NCBI GenBank assembly: GCA_950097015.1 | Contig: CATNEN010000001.1 | Span: 3,658,001-3,722,000, forward strand | DNA length: 64,000 nt | Direction: 5' to 3' | Source: Macrostomum hystrix | Taxonomy: Eukaryota > Animalia > Platyhelminthes | Shown: positions 34,000-47,601 of the stretch, piece after piece | How positions within the stretch are numbered: the first letter of the stretch is position 1 | How the letters are laid out: every line of letters starts with the position of its first letter | Translations under genes and position numbers: made by a program | Notes under the pieces: model-generated | What the model was told of the DNA's origin: nothing | Seen by the model: only the letters and a program-made list of their open reading frames with translations | The model's database searches: none

Positions 34000-36956
34000 T
34001 TAACACGATCCGTGTAGCGGTGGCAGACAGACTGAATCAGGCTGCTCAATTTGAGACTGTCGTTCTCGAGGTGAAAGCGGCTGCTGCTGCTGCTGTTGCA
34101 CTTCATTATTTTGGTGTCTAAAATGATTAGCGCAAAAATGATTTGGGCACCGTGCAGAGGTAAAATTCAATCCTTAAACGTCAAGTGAAGCCTACAGCAC
34201 TTTTTGCGCTGATTAGGGCAACAATTACCTGTCCAAATCTTGTATTCGTACTTAGTCATAGAAAATTCTTAGGAGGCTTATATTTAAGAACTCCTAAAGT
34301 ACAGTAAGTGTACACTGCCTGATGATTAGAAACTCAGGGCAGATGTACACTCCAGTGTGAGTGTGTGCTCAAGGGTCAGCGGAATGGGCCTTACCTGAAT
34401 TGCGAATTAATCTGCTCATTTCTTCGTCTTCTATGCCTGCGCTGCCTCTGATGCTGCTGCTGATTCCCAGAAGAGCCGCAGCCCGCATTCGCGCCGACGC
34501 CAGCGGCACTCGCCGGCTTAGGCGTCAGTCGGGCATCAGCCGAGCCGCCACGCGAGCGTCGAGTAGCGCGGACAACATCCGAGTAAGCCGGCGGCGGAGT
34601 TGACGGCGGAGGAGGAGGGGGAGGCGGCGGCGAAGTTGATTGCAATCTCTGGCTGCTTCTAGTAGTATCCAAGCGAACAACACGCATCAGCGAATGCGCG
34701 GCCGATGTCGACTGTCCGGGCCGACGATCATTTCGACGATGCGGATGAAGATGCTGACTGCGTCGACGGAGCAACGTCAGCGTGGCAAATGCCAGCGCCG
34801 CCAGGGCGACCACGGCTAGGCTGATGGCGCCAAAACTGGCTAGTAGGTTCAGCGAAGCCGATTTCGCCGCTGTTGAAGGTGACAACGACGATGTTGGAGG
34901 CTGCTGCGAAGGTCTCGACTGTCGAGGCGAAATGCGGCGACCGTCGAGTGAAGTTGGACAGGCGACAGAGAGCGGGACGCATCGTAGGCCATCGCGACAG
35001 AGGGTCCTGGGCTGGAGACCGCTGCCTTGCTGACTATCTAGACGAAGTAAGCAGCTGCGCAGAGCTGACGGACCCCGGCTGCAGTTGAGCTCGGAGCCGC
35101 AGGCGCTAAGCTCAGGCAGCTGGTGACAGACGGGAATAATGCATAGGCGCAACTGAGGACAGAATTCGAACCCGGGATGTACAGCCGATCGGCAGTTGGC
35201 AGCTGTGTCAGCCGCGGCAGAATAGAAGTGATACTGCAACACCAGGTGATTGGCCGAGTCGCTGAAGTTGCCCCGAATGCGCACGTACAACGGCTTGGCG
35301 GAGGTAAACGATAGCTCCGGTTGCCTAGGCAACAGGGAGGTCACCCGGCCTAGCAACAGATCGGCGGATGTACCGCCTTCGTGAATCTAGAGGGTAAGGA
35401 AAAGTTAAATGGCATCGTTCAGTATGTAAAAAAGAGAAAAATATAGGCATTCTAATTTTTTAGCTAAACGGATGTTCTATGCTAACCAATCAGATCATGG
35501 GTCAACTAGCCAATCGAATTCTAGACAATTCAACCAGCCAATCAGAGGATTCTAGACAATTTACTTAGCAAATCACATAATTATAGATAATTCAACCAGC
35601 CAATCAGATAATTCTAGACAACTAGCCAGCCAATCAGATGATTTAAGACAATTTACCCAGCCAATTAGAGAACTGCAGAAAATGCAACTAGCTAATCCCA
35701 TATCCGAAATGACCCCGAAAGAACACAAAATAAATAAAATACAATTGCGCAGCGCCCACCTCCATATCATACTGATAGGCGTCCTTGACCCTTTCTTTCG
35801 AGCGAAGGCGCACCCAGGCTCTCGTCCCAGCGGGTGGACGCAGCACCCAGACGCAGTCGTAGTGTCGCCAATTTGTACCTAGCAGTGAAACTGAATCAGC
35901 GGTGTAAGGCAGCCAACCGCAGTTACTCCATGGTCGTTCTAGCCAAGCGCTGCTAGCGTAGTGTAACAAACGGATCTCCAGACGAAAGCCATCATAATCG
36001 ACATTGTCCAGACGATGGGCTGCTGGCTGATCCTGGAAGAAAAAAATGAAAATAGCATTGATTTTCTAGTCCAATAGACCACACTTCTACGCTAGAAAAA
36101 AAGCAAAAAAACTACGCAATAAATCGAGGATTTCTAGGATTCGAACCAGCGAAGTGTTAAATATTTGACAGGAAACAGTGACAAGAGTAGTAAACGCGCC
36201 TTCCTTGTTTCCTTGCTCTTCGTTATAAGATGCAGAGAGAAAAGTAGACACTGCCTATCGATGCGAAATCAGGGCAAATGTACACACCAGTTTGAGTGAG
36301 TGGTCAGCGAAATGGGCAGAATTGCCACCTCGCTGGCTGCGGGTCTACTGACACCAAATGATGTGCACGTGCCTAAAACTGTGCCGGAAATATAATATTT
36401 AGAAGTTTCCTTTCTTTCGTACCCTATAGCCCATAGACTAAAGAGCTGTACTTTGAACTTCGGATTCAGTTCCTTAATTTACCTGAATCCGACTATCCGT
36501 AGCCGCATCGCCGTCAGTGCTGACCAAAGGTGTGAAAACAACAGTGAGCACACCGGAATCGGCAGTCAGGGCGACTCGACGCCAATAATCTGCTCCGGAC
36601 TCGTATCTGACTAACAATCTGGCAGTTTCTGTCAGCCTGAAAGCTGGCAGGTCGCCGTCGTACAGTTCTAGCCGACTGCTCGGATGCAAGCGCAGATCGC
36701 TGAATAGAATCTGCAGATGGGCCGGAGATTGCAGAGCCCACCGAATCTGCCAACGCGCCGGTTTCGCAGACATTTTGTAGGGATCTGGAAACAGAGGCGA
36801 CGAAAGCACCACCGACTCGCCAGACTGTGTCAGCCTGTGAATTATGACAGACTGCTGATCATCTTCTGATGCTGTCGAAGATAATGACACTGCAGATGAC
36901 ACTACTGCCCAATGCCACAGTAGCAGTAGTTTTGATGAGAAATGTAAGCATAACAT
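34000..36956 (-). CDS. Type I membrane protein: signal peptide, two CUB-like domains, Cys-rich LDLa-like region, TM helix, cytoplasmic PPAY motif (NETO/LRP12/LEV-10-like architecture)
   Basis: Exons 36956-36483, 36032-35760, 35386-34395 and 34117-34000 splice in frame at GT-AG sites. CUB motifs LSSPLFPDPY, LELYDG, GFRL and DCVWVL. TM LLASFGAISLAVVALAALAFATLTLL followed by RRR. PPPAYSDV in the tail. Confidence 0.8.
34306..34390 (+). mobile_element. SINE family A fragment
   Basis: GTGTACACTGCC...TCAGGGCAGATGTACAC...GTCAGCGGAATGGGC matches the body of 58831-59165. Confidence 0.6.
36243..36400 (+). mobile_element. SINE family A 3' fragment (intronic)
   Basis: GTCAGCGAAATGGGCAGAATTGCC...GGCTGCGGGTCTA...CACCAAATGATGT is shared with 58831-59165. 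Confidence 0.7.
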
Positions 36957-37022
36957 CTGGAATATTTAAATGGGAAAAACTATTCGATTTGAAATATATT
37001 TTGCAAAGAGAGTGTAACAAAA

Positions 37023-37282
37023 CTGAGTGGGGTGAGTGGCAGAGCGGTCTAACGCGTTTGCCTCTCGCACCAAGGTCCCTGAGCTCGATTCCACGGCAAG
37101 GCCACATTCATTTCGTGCAATTTACGCACTTAATAGCCAACCTCCAAGGCACAGTGAAAGCGTACACTGCCTGACGTTGAGAAAGTCAGGGCACACCCTG
37201 TGTGAACGAGTGCCTGCGTATGGTATAGTGTCACCAAATGATTTGCCACTGGCCACAGCCCTCCTGCAAATATTGTTATTTG
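37023..37282 (+). mobile_element. tRNA-derived SINE family A
   Basis: A-box-like TGGCAGAGCGG and B-box-like GCTCGATTCC. High similarity to 58831-59165. Confidence 0.8.
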
Positions 37283-37714
37283 AGGTCATTTTCCATGTAA
37301 AGGAGGATGGTTTACGAACCTTGGAAGTAGTTTTTGCTAACTGGAAGGTAAATTTTTTACTTTCCTTTTCGATACAGTTGGCAGAGAGTTTTTGCAAAAG
37401 CTGCTACTGCACTTACACATTTTGCGAGCCTTAAAGTCAAGATCTAAAATCTGAACTAAAATCTATCTTACAGTAAGCGTTTCGTAAAGAGGGCCAACCT
37501 TGCTAGTTTAATGCCATACAATATAATATTAGAAAAAAATATTAGCTAAGTCAAGTCATAAAAGTTAACCCAAAGACTGAGTAAAAATGTATTTAAAGTC
37601 TACAATTTAAGGAATATACTCGTAGAAATTTAAATTTAGAAGCAGTTTAGACTGGAAACACATATTGATCTCGGTTAAATATAAATGCCCACATGATAGA
37701 AATACAAAGCTATT

Positions 37715-40700
37715 TTACTCTTTATTGTCAGGCAAACGCAAACAATATAAGTGATCGTCGCGACAACCAATCAGAAGAAAGCGGCGACTATCTGATCGCG
37801 ATCCCGACCAGACCATTGGCGGAGCAAAGCACGGACCGGGCAAATGATAGGACCAAATACTAAGTACAATAACCGAGGAAATCGACGGCTCCATTGATCT
37901 TACACAGTCAACAGCTTGAACAACTAGAGGCATTTCTGATGAGGTCATGTCAGCGTTGGTGACTTTTTCAGATGTTCCCGCGGTGGATTGGGACGTTGTA
38001 CTTAGCCGCAGCAAAGTGACGCAACCGTCAGTGTTAGAAACAGCCAAAAGCGCCGAGTTAGTTTGATCATTCAGCACTAAAGGCTGCGAGACAATAGAAC
38101 CATCAAGATCTGCGCAGCACAGGGACTGACCACTGCTAGGTTCTAGGCACCGAAGCTGGCCATTTCCGCAGGCAACAATGATTAAACCGCAAGCTGAGAC
38201 GACAGGAGCAGGTATGGATTCGAGCTTACAACGCCACAGACATTGACCAGTTTCCATAGAAACCGAGATAATGTAGCAGTCTGCTAAGCCCACAATGGCT
38301 ACAGTCGAGGCCAGAGCCAAGCATGGTCGGTGCAAGCAGGCCGAGCCGAGATCGATGCGCCAACAGAGCCCTTGTTCTGCGGGCCAGCAGACACGCATCA
38401 GACGGCCAGACAGACAGGCTACCAAAGTCCCATTGTCGATTGACAACAAATCCGCGACCGGACCGGACCGCGGGGGCAATCGAAGGACGATTCCAACACG
38501 ACGGCGCTTAGAAAAGCTTAATGAGTGCAACGTGGCATCGTGACAGCCAACAATAAGCAAATCCGCATTCCACACAACCTTAGTTGGGGGCCGACGAATC
38601 CTACTAGGAAAGCTCAGATGCCACTGACTGCTTCCGTCAGCCTCTGACAAGAAGTGAATCTGGCAGCCTTCGTCAATGTTTATCACGATAACTAGAAGCC
38701 GAGCATCTGGCGAACCAATCAAGGCGGTGTCCACTTTGCCGCCAGCAAGCAAACGGCGAGACCAACGCAAGCGACCGTCGATTGGCGATGCAGACGCAAC
38801 GATTCCATCGAAGCCGGCAGCAAAGATTGCATCGCTAGTAGCAAATGCGCCGGCATCGACACAGCTGCCGAGATGCAAACGCCAGGCAAGATCTGCCTCG
38901 TTGATAGATGATGGGCTGTGTTTTTTAGTGTCAACGCGCAGCATAGATTGTTCAGATAGTAGGGCTGAAACTGATGCAAGGGCGCGATTGACAAGCTCGT
39001 CTATTGTCCAGCCACTGAGAACTTCAACGAACGGCATCAAATTGAGCCTGGCAGCTAGACGAACAGCTCCGAGCGAATCGCCGCCGCATTGTGCGAACGT
39101 CCGCGATGAAGTTTCTGGTGTTGGTACTGAGCCGGTGTGCAAAGCCCATAGGCCTTGAACCAGATCGACAAAATTATCGCGAATAGAAGATCTACGTCGC
39201 TGACGTTCTCGACGCAATGTTGCCAGCGAATCAACTTTACCATTGGGAGTCAGTACAAATTCGTCATCTTGGCGCAGAATCAGCAGCTCGTCTGGCAGAC
39301 ACCGCCGGCCACCAGCTAGATTGGAATCCAACTGCACTCGCTGATTTACCGTGGCCATGAAAGATAGTTGCTGAATTGATGTTTCAGCATTGTGGCGAGA
39401 ATTCTCTAGCGGTCTGGCTAAGCAAACAATAAAGTTAGTGTCCGGTTCTACAACAGTGTGAGCTTGCACAATGGGACCACCAGTCACAGCAAGGCCAGAG
39501 AACAGCAATTTGTCAAAAGCTTCCGGATAGAGGAACACACCGTAGCGTTTAATTTTATGATCGGATCGACCAAGAAATACCAACTGACCAGTGGTCACAT
39601 CGAGACGAACCAAATCGCCACTTCGATGCCACACATTTTCCCTGTTTTCATCTCCATCCAGATTATTGGATTCAACGCGGCAAAGCGTTCCTGCTCGAGA
39701 CATCCATAGTTCACCTTCAAGTACAATTGAACACGATTTCAAATGAGCACCTGGCTCATCTATCAGTTTCCAGCCTTCGCTGGCGTTGACAATTTCAGCC
39801 AGAGGTTGACAGGTGTCCGGATCTGTCAAACGCAACCAGGTGTTAGCTAGAGGCTGGCCTAGTGGCACAAACTGATTGTCTTGATTTCGCTCCAGTCTAA
39901 AATGGAATATAATTAAGAGCTTCGTGAGCTGAGATGACTCTGGGCTACCAGCGTAGTTATGGCACTAAATCTAAAAATATTTCGTTTGACCTTTAAAACG
40001 ATCATGACGCCATCAACAACAACCGATTATTTTTTATTGCCCCAATAGAATTGTGATTTTTTGATGAGCCTTTAAATGATTTCCTAATCGACACAGTCGA
40101 ATTAGTTCTGTTCTGAAAATTTACATGGAACGATCTTTGCTCTATAAAATATATTTAAATGACAACGGATCTGTGGACAACTTTGCTGTTCATATTGAAA
40201 TACTAGACGACCTACTGTGCCTTTAACCCTTGGCTTTATTTCTAGGAAAGCAAACACTTATTAATAAAAAATGTAACTAACCGATGCATTGTAGCCCATA
40301 CAGAGAGCTCGGTGACACCATAAAGATTCACCACAACGAGCTGGTCGGCTCGACAACCAGATAGCAACGGCCTCAGAACAGGCCAAGCTGGACATGGTTC
40401 GCCGCCAAGCATTAGGCACTCTAGCAGTTGCAGATTTTCCCTCTCAATTACTTTTTTCATAGACAGAAGCAGGGAAGGAGTTGTTTGTATATGCGTTAGA
40501 GAGGCCAAAACCTCAGTCGGTTTCATTCTCTCCGCAGTCACAACTAGGCAGCAACCGGCGTATCGAGCGCAGAATATCTCAATTAGACTTGGATCGAAAT
40601 CTAACGGACTTGACCAGAGTAAGCGGGAGTTGGGCTTCAGTCGCATGACGTCATCAGCCAGAGATACTATATTCGGCACAATACAGGAGTCAGGAACTTC

Positions 40701-43520
40701 GACAAGCTTTGGCACACCTGTGGAACCGGATGTGCGAATGCAATAAACAGGGCAACAATCTGGGACTCGCTGATTTGCATTGTTAGTAAGCTGACCAACC
40801 AGGCGATGAAGGTAGAGACTGGCGGAAATGCCTTCGGTATCATTCTGCAGGTCAATGAAAGTGGAGAGCTTCAATAAACTCAAGAAAAAAGGCAGTGCAC
40901 AGACAAGTAAAGATAAATAGCCATATAACTGTTACTTTGGTCAGTTTCTATCTACCAGTGGATTAGCTACTAGCCTCTGATCATTCAGTAGCTACTATCT
41001 ACTAGTGCATTAGCTACTAGCCTCTGATCATTCAGTAGCTACTATCTACCAGTGCATTAGCTACTAGCCCCTGATCATTCAGTAGCTACTATCTACCAGT
41101 GCATTAGCTACTAGCCTCTGATCATTCAGTAGCTACTATCTACCAGTGCATTAGCTACTAGCCCCTGATCATTCAGTAGCTACTATCTACCAGTGCATTA
41201 GCTACTAGCCTCTGATCATTCAGTAGCTACTATCTACTAGTGCATTAGCTACTAGCCTCTGATCATTCAGTAGCTACTATCTACTAGTGCATTAGCTACT
41301 AGCCTCTGATCATTCAGTAGCTACTATCTACCAGTGCATTAGCTACTAGCCCCTGATCATTCAGTAGCTACTATCTACCAGTGCATTAGCTACTAGCCTC
41401 TGATCATTCAGTAGCTACTATCTACTAGTGCATTAGCTACTAGCCTCTGATCATTCAGTAGCTACTATCTACCAGTGCATTAGCTACTAGCCTCTGATCA
41501 TTCAGTAGCTACTATCTACTAGTGCATTAGCTACTAGCCTCTGATCATTCAGTAGCTACTATCTACCAGTGCATTAGCTACTAGCCTCTGATCATTTAGT
41601 AGCTACTATCTACCAGTGCATTAGCTACTAGCCTCTGATCATTCAGTAGCTACTATCTACCAGTGCATTAGCTACTAGCCCCTGATCATTCAGTAGCTAC
41701 TATCTACCAGTGCATTAGCTACTAGCCTCTGATCATTCAGTAGCTACTATCTACTAGTGCATTAGCTACTAGCCTCTGATCATTCAGTAGCTACTATCTA
41801 CCAGTGCATTAGCTACTAGCCTCTGATCATTCAGTAGCTACTATCTACTAGTGCATTAGCTACTAGCCTCTGATCATTCAGTAGCTACTATCTACCAGTG
41901 CATTAGCTACTAGCCTCTGATCATTTAGTAGCTACTATCTACCAGTGCATTAGCTACTAGCCTCTGATCATTCAGTAACTACTATCTACCAGTGCATTAG
42001 CTACTAGCCTCTGATCATTTAGTAGCTACTATCTACCAGTGCATTAGCTACTAGCCTCTGATCATTCAGTAGCTACTATCTACCAGTGCATTAGCTACTA
42101 GCCTCTGATCATTCAGTAGCTACTATCTACCAGTGGATTAGCTACTAGCCTCTGATCATTCAGTAGCTACTATCTACCAGTGCATTAGCTACTAGCCTCT
42201 GATCATTCAGTAGCTACTATCTACCAGTGCATTAGCTACTAGCCTCTGATCATTCAGTAACTACTATCTACCAGTGCATTAGCTACTAGCCTCTGATCAT
42301 TCAGTAGCTACTATCTACCAGTGCATTAGCTACTAGCCTCTGATCATTCAGTAGCTACTATCTACCAGTGCATTAGCTACTAGCCTCTGATCATTCAGTA
42401 GCTACTATCTACCAGTGCATTAGCTACTAGCCTCTGATCATTCAGTAACTACTATCTACCAGTGCATTAGCTACTAGCCTCTGATCATTTAGTAGCTACT
42501 ATCTACCAGTGCATTAGCTACTAGCCTCTGATCATTTAGTAGCTACTATCTACCAGTGCATTAGCTACTAGCCTCTGATCATTCAGTAGCTACTATCTAC
42601 TAGTGCATTAGCTACTAGCCTCTGATCATTCAGTAGCTACTATCTACCAGTGCATTAGCTACTAGCCTCTGATCATTTAGTAGCTACTATCTACCAGTGC
42701 ATTAGCTACTAGCCTCTGATCATTCAGTAGCTACTATCTACCAGTGGATTAGCTACTAGCCTCTGATCATTTAGTAGCTACTATCTACCAGTGCATTAGC
42801 TACTAGCCTCTGATCATTCAGTAGCTACTATCTACCAGTGGATTAGCTACTAGCCTCTGATCATTTAGTAGCTACTATCTACCAGTGCATTAGCTACTAG
42901 CCTCTGATCATTCAGTAGCTACTATCTACCAGTGCATTAGCTACTAGCCCCTGATCATTCAGTAGCTACTATCTACTAGTGCATTAGCTACTAGCCTATC
43001 ACTGGCCATATGACTTCAAATCTTTAAAATCTGCAAGTAGTTAAAAAATTGACGCAAGACCAACCTGGAAATCAGCCCGAATCACTTGAACTGTACTTTC
43101 AATAGCTGATGATTCAGCATAGCGCCAAGCGGCGTACAGTTGAATACCCAGCCGCTTGCACAGACTGAACACGGATGAGTCGCTGCGATGGCTGGTGCAC
43201 TTTAAAGGCACAAATGTCAGACCAGCTCGCAGAGTGGCCACCAATAAAAGTGGCGTCAAATAGTGGAATTCGCCAGCATCGATACCGACACGAATAGATG
43301 AAACTTTGCCATTTTCTTCGACTTTACAGTCAACGGCTATTAGAAGAAATTCTGTTAACTGATAAATGATCTCTAAGCAGACACGTCGATTCAAGCGCAA
43401 AGCGGGTTCTCTGGCGCCAGCTGGCCAGTATTCGATTTCAATCAGTGATGAGTATGAGCCGCTGTCTGAGTTGTCATCATCGATTCGAAGATCAAAGAGA
43501 TCGACTAGTCGACGGTTAGA
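37715..43520 (-). CDS. AASDH: AASDH/ACSF4 beta-alanine-activating NRPS-like enzyme (adenylation, carrier and PQQ-like beta-propeller domains); first exon not located
   Basis: Exons 43520-43065, 40844-40282 and 39896-37715 splice in frame. A-domain motifs YCIRTSGSTGVPK, FDPS, NLYGVTE, HRSGDLV, GRSDHKIK and PNGKVD. Carrier-domain GGDSL. C-terminal CVDA...W repeats ending IGCRDDHLYCL. Confidence 0.9.
40948..42997. repeat. 47-bp minisatellite, ~43 copies, in an AASDH intron
   Basis: Unit CTATCTACCAGTGCATTAGCTACTAGCCTCTGATCATTCAGTAGCTA, very homogeneous. Confidence 0.97.
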
Positions 43521-46144
43521 CTGGAGTGAAATGCGTTATAAATTAATTGAATAAAAAGCTGGTACTTTTTAACTAAATTAAAAAATAACTGAGATCAATG
43601 AGCTCTAGCCACTTAATCCTTAACAAGGTCTAGCTATAAACTCAAAATTATCAATCCTATGGTAAAAAAGTAGCAAAATGAATGCAAGTGGTATCCACTT
43701 GAGTAGTATTTGGGACTTGTGTTCATTTTTCGCTATGTAGCATTGTGCTAAGCCTAAACTATGGTCTGCCATAGCATAGTTAATTTTTTTGTCTGAAGTT
43801 TCTCTCTAACCATAGTATGAGGAATTTCAATACACTCTCGCAGCAGCATATATGCTATATCCTTAAATGATTACCACTAAATTAAATTCAACCAGGCTTT
43901 AGATTGGTGCCTGTTATGTATATGATATTCTATGGGTTTGAGGTCGGTATGTGTTTAAATCCCAAGAGCCGAAGGCTATTAGTGAATAGTGCTTAAGGTG
44001 GGTAGTCTTCAAATAGCACTAATGTTGTCATAAGTAAAGTAACTGAGGTTGTTGACAAGAGAAAAATGTCTTTGGTGCAATGCTCATTTATCAGACATGT
44101 AAATTGGCCCACATTGTAAGCTAGACCGTGTAAGCTAGAACTATGGCAAGGGGCTATAGACATTTTGACAATGTGAAACTAAAAGACATGAAAAAATTCT
44201 GACTTGCACTTGTAGAAGACTTGTATTTACAATATTATAGGCTAATATTAGTGCAAAATAATTATTCTTTGCTCTAGGCCTCCAAGCCTTTCCATTTCTT
44301 CTAGCATGTACCAAGCCATAGTCCAGATCACACTTACTACTCAGGGTAGATATAACACACATTGCGCTAATAACTAATGATAAAACTTTATAAGTATAAA
44401 AGGCTGTTGACAAGAAATAACTGACTTTATTTCAATGCCTAGGCCTATTCAGTATTATTCAGATTTGTTTTAACTTTTTATAACAAATTAAGTATGAAAA
44501 AACTTTTTGTGTGCACTTTAGCCTACTATTATTTTTCTGGTATGCACCTAGCATGACCTCAGAGTCTAGGAAATGGACACTAAGCATGATTTGGACTATA
44601 GTTTTTATGGAAGAAGATACTATTTTCTGATTTACCAATTAGTATTTCTGATTGAATAGATCCTAGGGGCCTAGTCACTTAGCCAAATGTAGTTTTATCA
44701 AATTTTTGACAAAGTGACTAGAATTAAGCACTACACAAATTTCTATTTGACAAAGTGACCAGAATTGCTGAGGCTAGAAATCTATGTTTGAAAAAGTTAC
44801 CAAGCTTTCTTGGCTGTTTTATCAACTAGTTTTCAACTAGCTACAGAATACAATGTGCAATGTGAAACATGACTATGATATGAACATTAAATGCAATGTA
44901 CAAAATGACAAAAACACTGCTACTTTAGACCCCACCTGTCCTTGGATCTAGCCTTTCCTCTCACCAAAACATGCAAAATAAACAGTCAATTGATTACAAT
45001 GAACATGTAATTATACTGCAAACATCTACACCCCCAATAATGGCCAATGGCCAACAGAATCCAGCTTGTGAAGCTACTTGGTCATAGCCTCCAGCTGACC
45101 CACAGTTTGTGATCAATGAAAGTCACATGTATCTGGATTTTTTCCACAGCAACATTCATGCCATCAACTCATATACACTGCAAACCAGCTTGAGCTGCTT
45201 GCCTCCTCTAGGTTGTGGTTCCTAGATGGCACCCTTGATGATGAATAAGGTTCTCCCTGGTGGTCACCCTGATGTCAAGTTAGTCAGTTAATGCTACATT
45301 CTCTGCATTAAGACGGGTCCTCTAGGCCAGAACGAAGTCTGCATTCAAGGACTTAAAAGCTATGGCATGTCAAGCCTTGCAGGTTGACTTTATCAAGACA
45401 TACAATTCTAGGGCTGCCTGTTTTATCTGGGTCCAGAAGTAATTTAAAATACAGGGATCAGTCCAGTTGACAACCATTTTAGAAAATGGTCTTTGACAAA
45501 CTGGACCAGCACCTGATTGAATCAGGGGGCCTATTGATTAAAATAGACAAATTAAATATCTATAGGCCTATTAACATCACTTTGCTTAAAAGTCAAGATA
45601 GAGATTAATTAGGGGCCTAGGCACAAAAAATCCTAAATAATTGAGATATTTTCTGCAAACAAATATATTGGTAGGGGCCTATTTACTAGTATTTGTGCGA
45701 TAAAATATGTAATTAAAATTTACACCAAGTTGGCCAAGAGACACGGTCTGCTTAAATAATAAACCTATAAATAAATAGGCCTAATAAAATTAAATAATAA
45801 ACCTGCTTAAACCTAAACTACTTAAAAGTTCAGATTTTACATAAGCAATTAGGCCTAGTTAACTTAAAAATGTTTGACCTCTGACGGTACTTAAGTGTAG
45901 TTTGTAGGCCTACCCAAAATGTTTTCTTGGAAAACAAAATTAAACTTAACATCAAAGTAACGTGGGTCTACTGACAATATACAGACTACTGACAGTGATC
46001 GTAACAACGCTAACTGCATTAAAAATAGTTTCGAATTGCATTGAAAACTCTAGATAACTTTTTACTGTAAAAATATGGTTTATTATTGCAGGCCTCTAAA
46101 GTTTTTACTACGGATCCTACGGCTTTATGTTTCACTTTTAATTA

Positions 46145-46394
46145 GGTAGTGGCTATTCGTACGGCAGAATCTCCTATCTTGTAGTGCATTTCCAAGAAAT
46201 GATGAAACGAGTTATAACAAATCTAAAATGTAAACTGCGATGCTTGTAGATTTTTCTTATGAATAAAAACTGTTTGATAATTTTCTGAACGGTTAGAAGA
46301 TAAAATTATATGTGTTCGCTAACCCGCGGCAAGCTTCCTCATGGTGAATTTTTGGATTTTATATTTCCGGACTGCCGTACGAATAGCCACTTCC
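46145..46394. mobile_element. Mutator/MULE-like MITE (250 bp)
   Basis: TIR GG(T/A)AGTGGCTATTCGTACGGCAG. Perfect 9-bp TSD TTTTAATTA at 46136-46144 and 46395-46403. Confidence 0.85.
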
Positions 46395-47601
46395 TTTTAA
46401 TTACGTTTTATGGACCTTGTCTCAAAAAGCATTTCTTAAAAACCTCCTTCTAAAAACGATGAGAGAACTAATGCAACTAAAACATTTAAAAACGCAGATT
46501 TCAATAATTAGTTATAATTTCAAGCTAGTATGCTATTAAAACGTATATAAACTGCGGTTTGAAAGTAATTTTCAGTTTGTAAGCGCTGTCTGTGACGTAA
46601 TTTGTCCTAGTTTTCAACACCATCTCGAGTTGAAGGTAGTTTCTAAACGAAACTTCGCAGTTTAAAATGTAAAAAAAGTTAAAAGATGTAACTAGATTTA
46701 CTGTACATAAGATTGATACAGAAACAATGCTAAAAGCAATTTAAAAAAGTGAACGGCATCAGAAGAGCAACTAAATCAGTTAGTGGAGTCAAAATGCTGT
46801 TTCGAATAAGTGCATCCGAACTAGCTTCTTGAATAAGGAAAATAATTATCTATCGTTGCTACATCTCACTTTTGAAGCCGGAACAGAGCAGTCAGGATAT
46901 TACTAAAGCATCGTTCCAATATGAATCGAAAGGATATAGCATCAAAACGAGCACCATTATTTATCGCTAGTTTAAATCGTAAAGTTGTTAATAGAATAGA
47001 ACCACGTTGACACTGCATGGTGACTCATGAAGGTCACATCGATGTCCCACATCGATCTCTAAATCCCACCGAGCTCTTCCCACAGAGCATGATATGTTGG
47101 ATTTTTCAATGCAAGTTTAATGAAAGCACAAAAACTTTTCTACAGAATACATTCATGATAAAATATCCATTACGCGAATCCAAGCGAATGCATCACTTTC
47201 ATACAACATACAGTTTGATTGGCACAGCTGCTTGGTTGCTGTCTAATCAGATGCTATTGGACCGGCACAACATTGTCGCAAGCCACATGGCTGTCATGGC
47301 CTTAAGCTACATAGCGAGAGTGACACAGGAAGAAAAGTTTATTGCAGACCAATTTTATCAGAAAATCAGAACTAACGTGACTAGCCATATCGGTTATCAG
47401 GGGCGTGATGAGACATTTTCAGCTTGGTTGAAGTCTAGGAAATAGAACTTGCTATACGCACACAAGCAAGGACTGCAACACGGCCATAGCACTGTAACGT
47501 TTCATTGGAAATCACTTGAATATTGGCTTCCAAAATAAGTCTTCAAGATTCGAAAAAACTAGGGGGCGCCATACTAACAAACCAGATCCTCAAGAAAGAA
47601 A

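Noticed and set aside
34308-34350. CTGATGA...GAAAC in a SINE hairpin as a hammerhead ribozyme
   Set aside because: Stems II and III are missing and the core is not conserved in the other three SINE copies. CTGATGA at ~29202 lacks a following GAAA.
40948-42997. Regular arrays (also 24568-27538, 30795-32473, 49638-49957, 62630-63563) as CRISPR-like loci
   Set aside because: The units are contiguous with no unique spacers and no cas genes; they are ordinary satellites.
47017-47445. 142-aa ORF with faint resemblance to an integrase zinc-binding segment (SHIGYQGRDET)
   Set aside because: No complete HHCC or DDE motifs; too weak to call.
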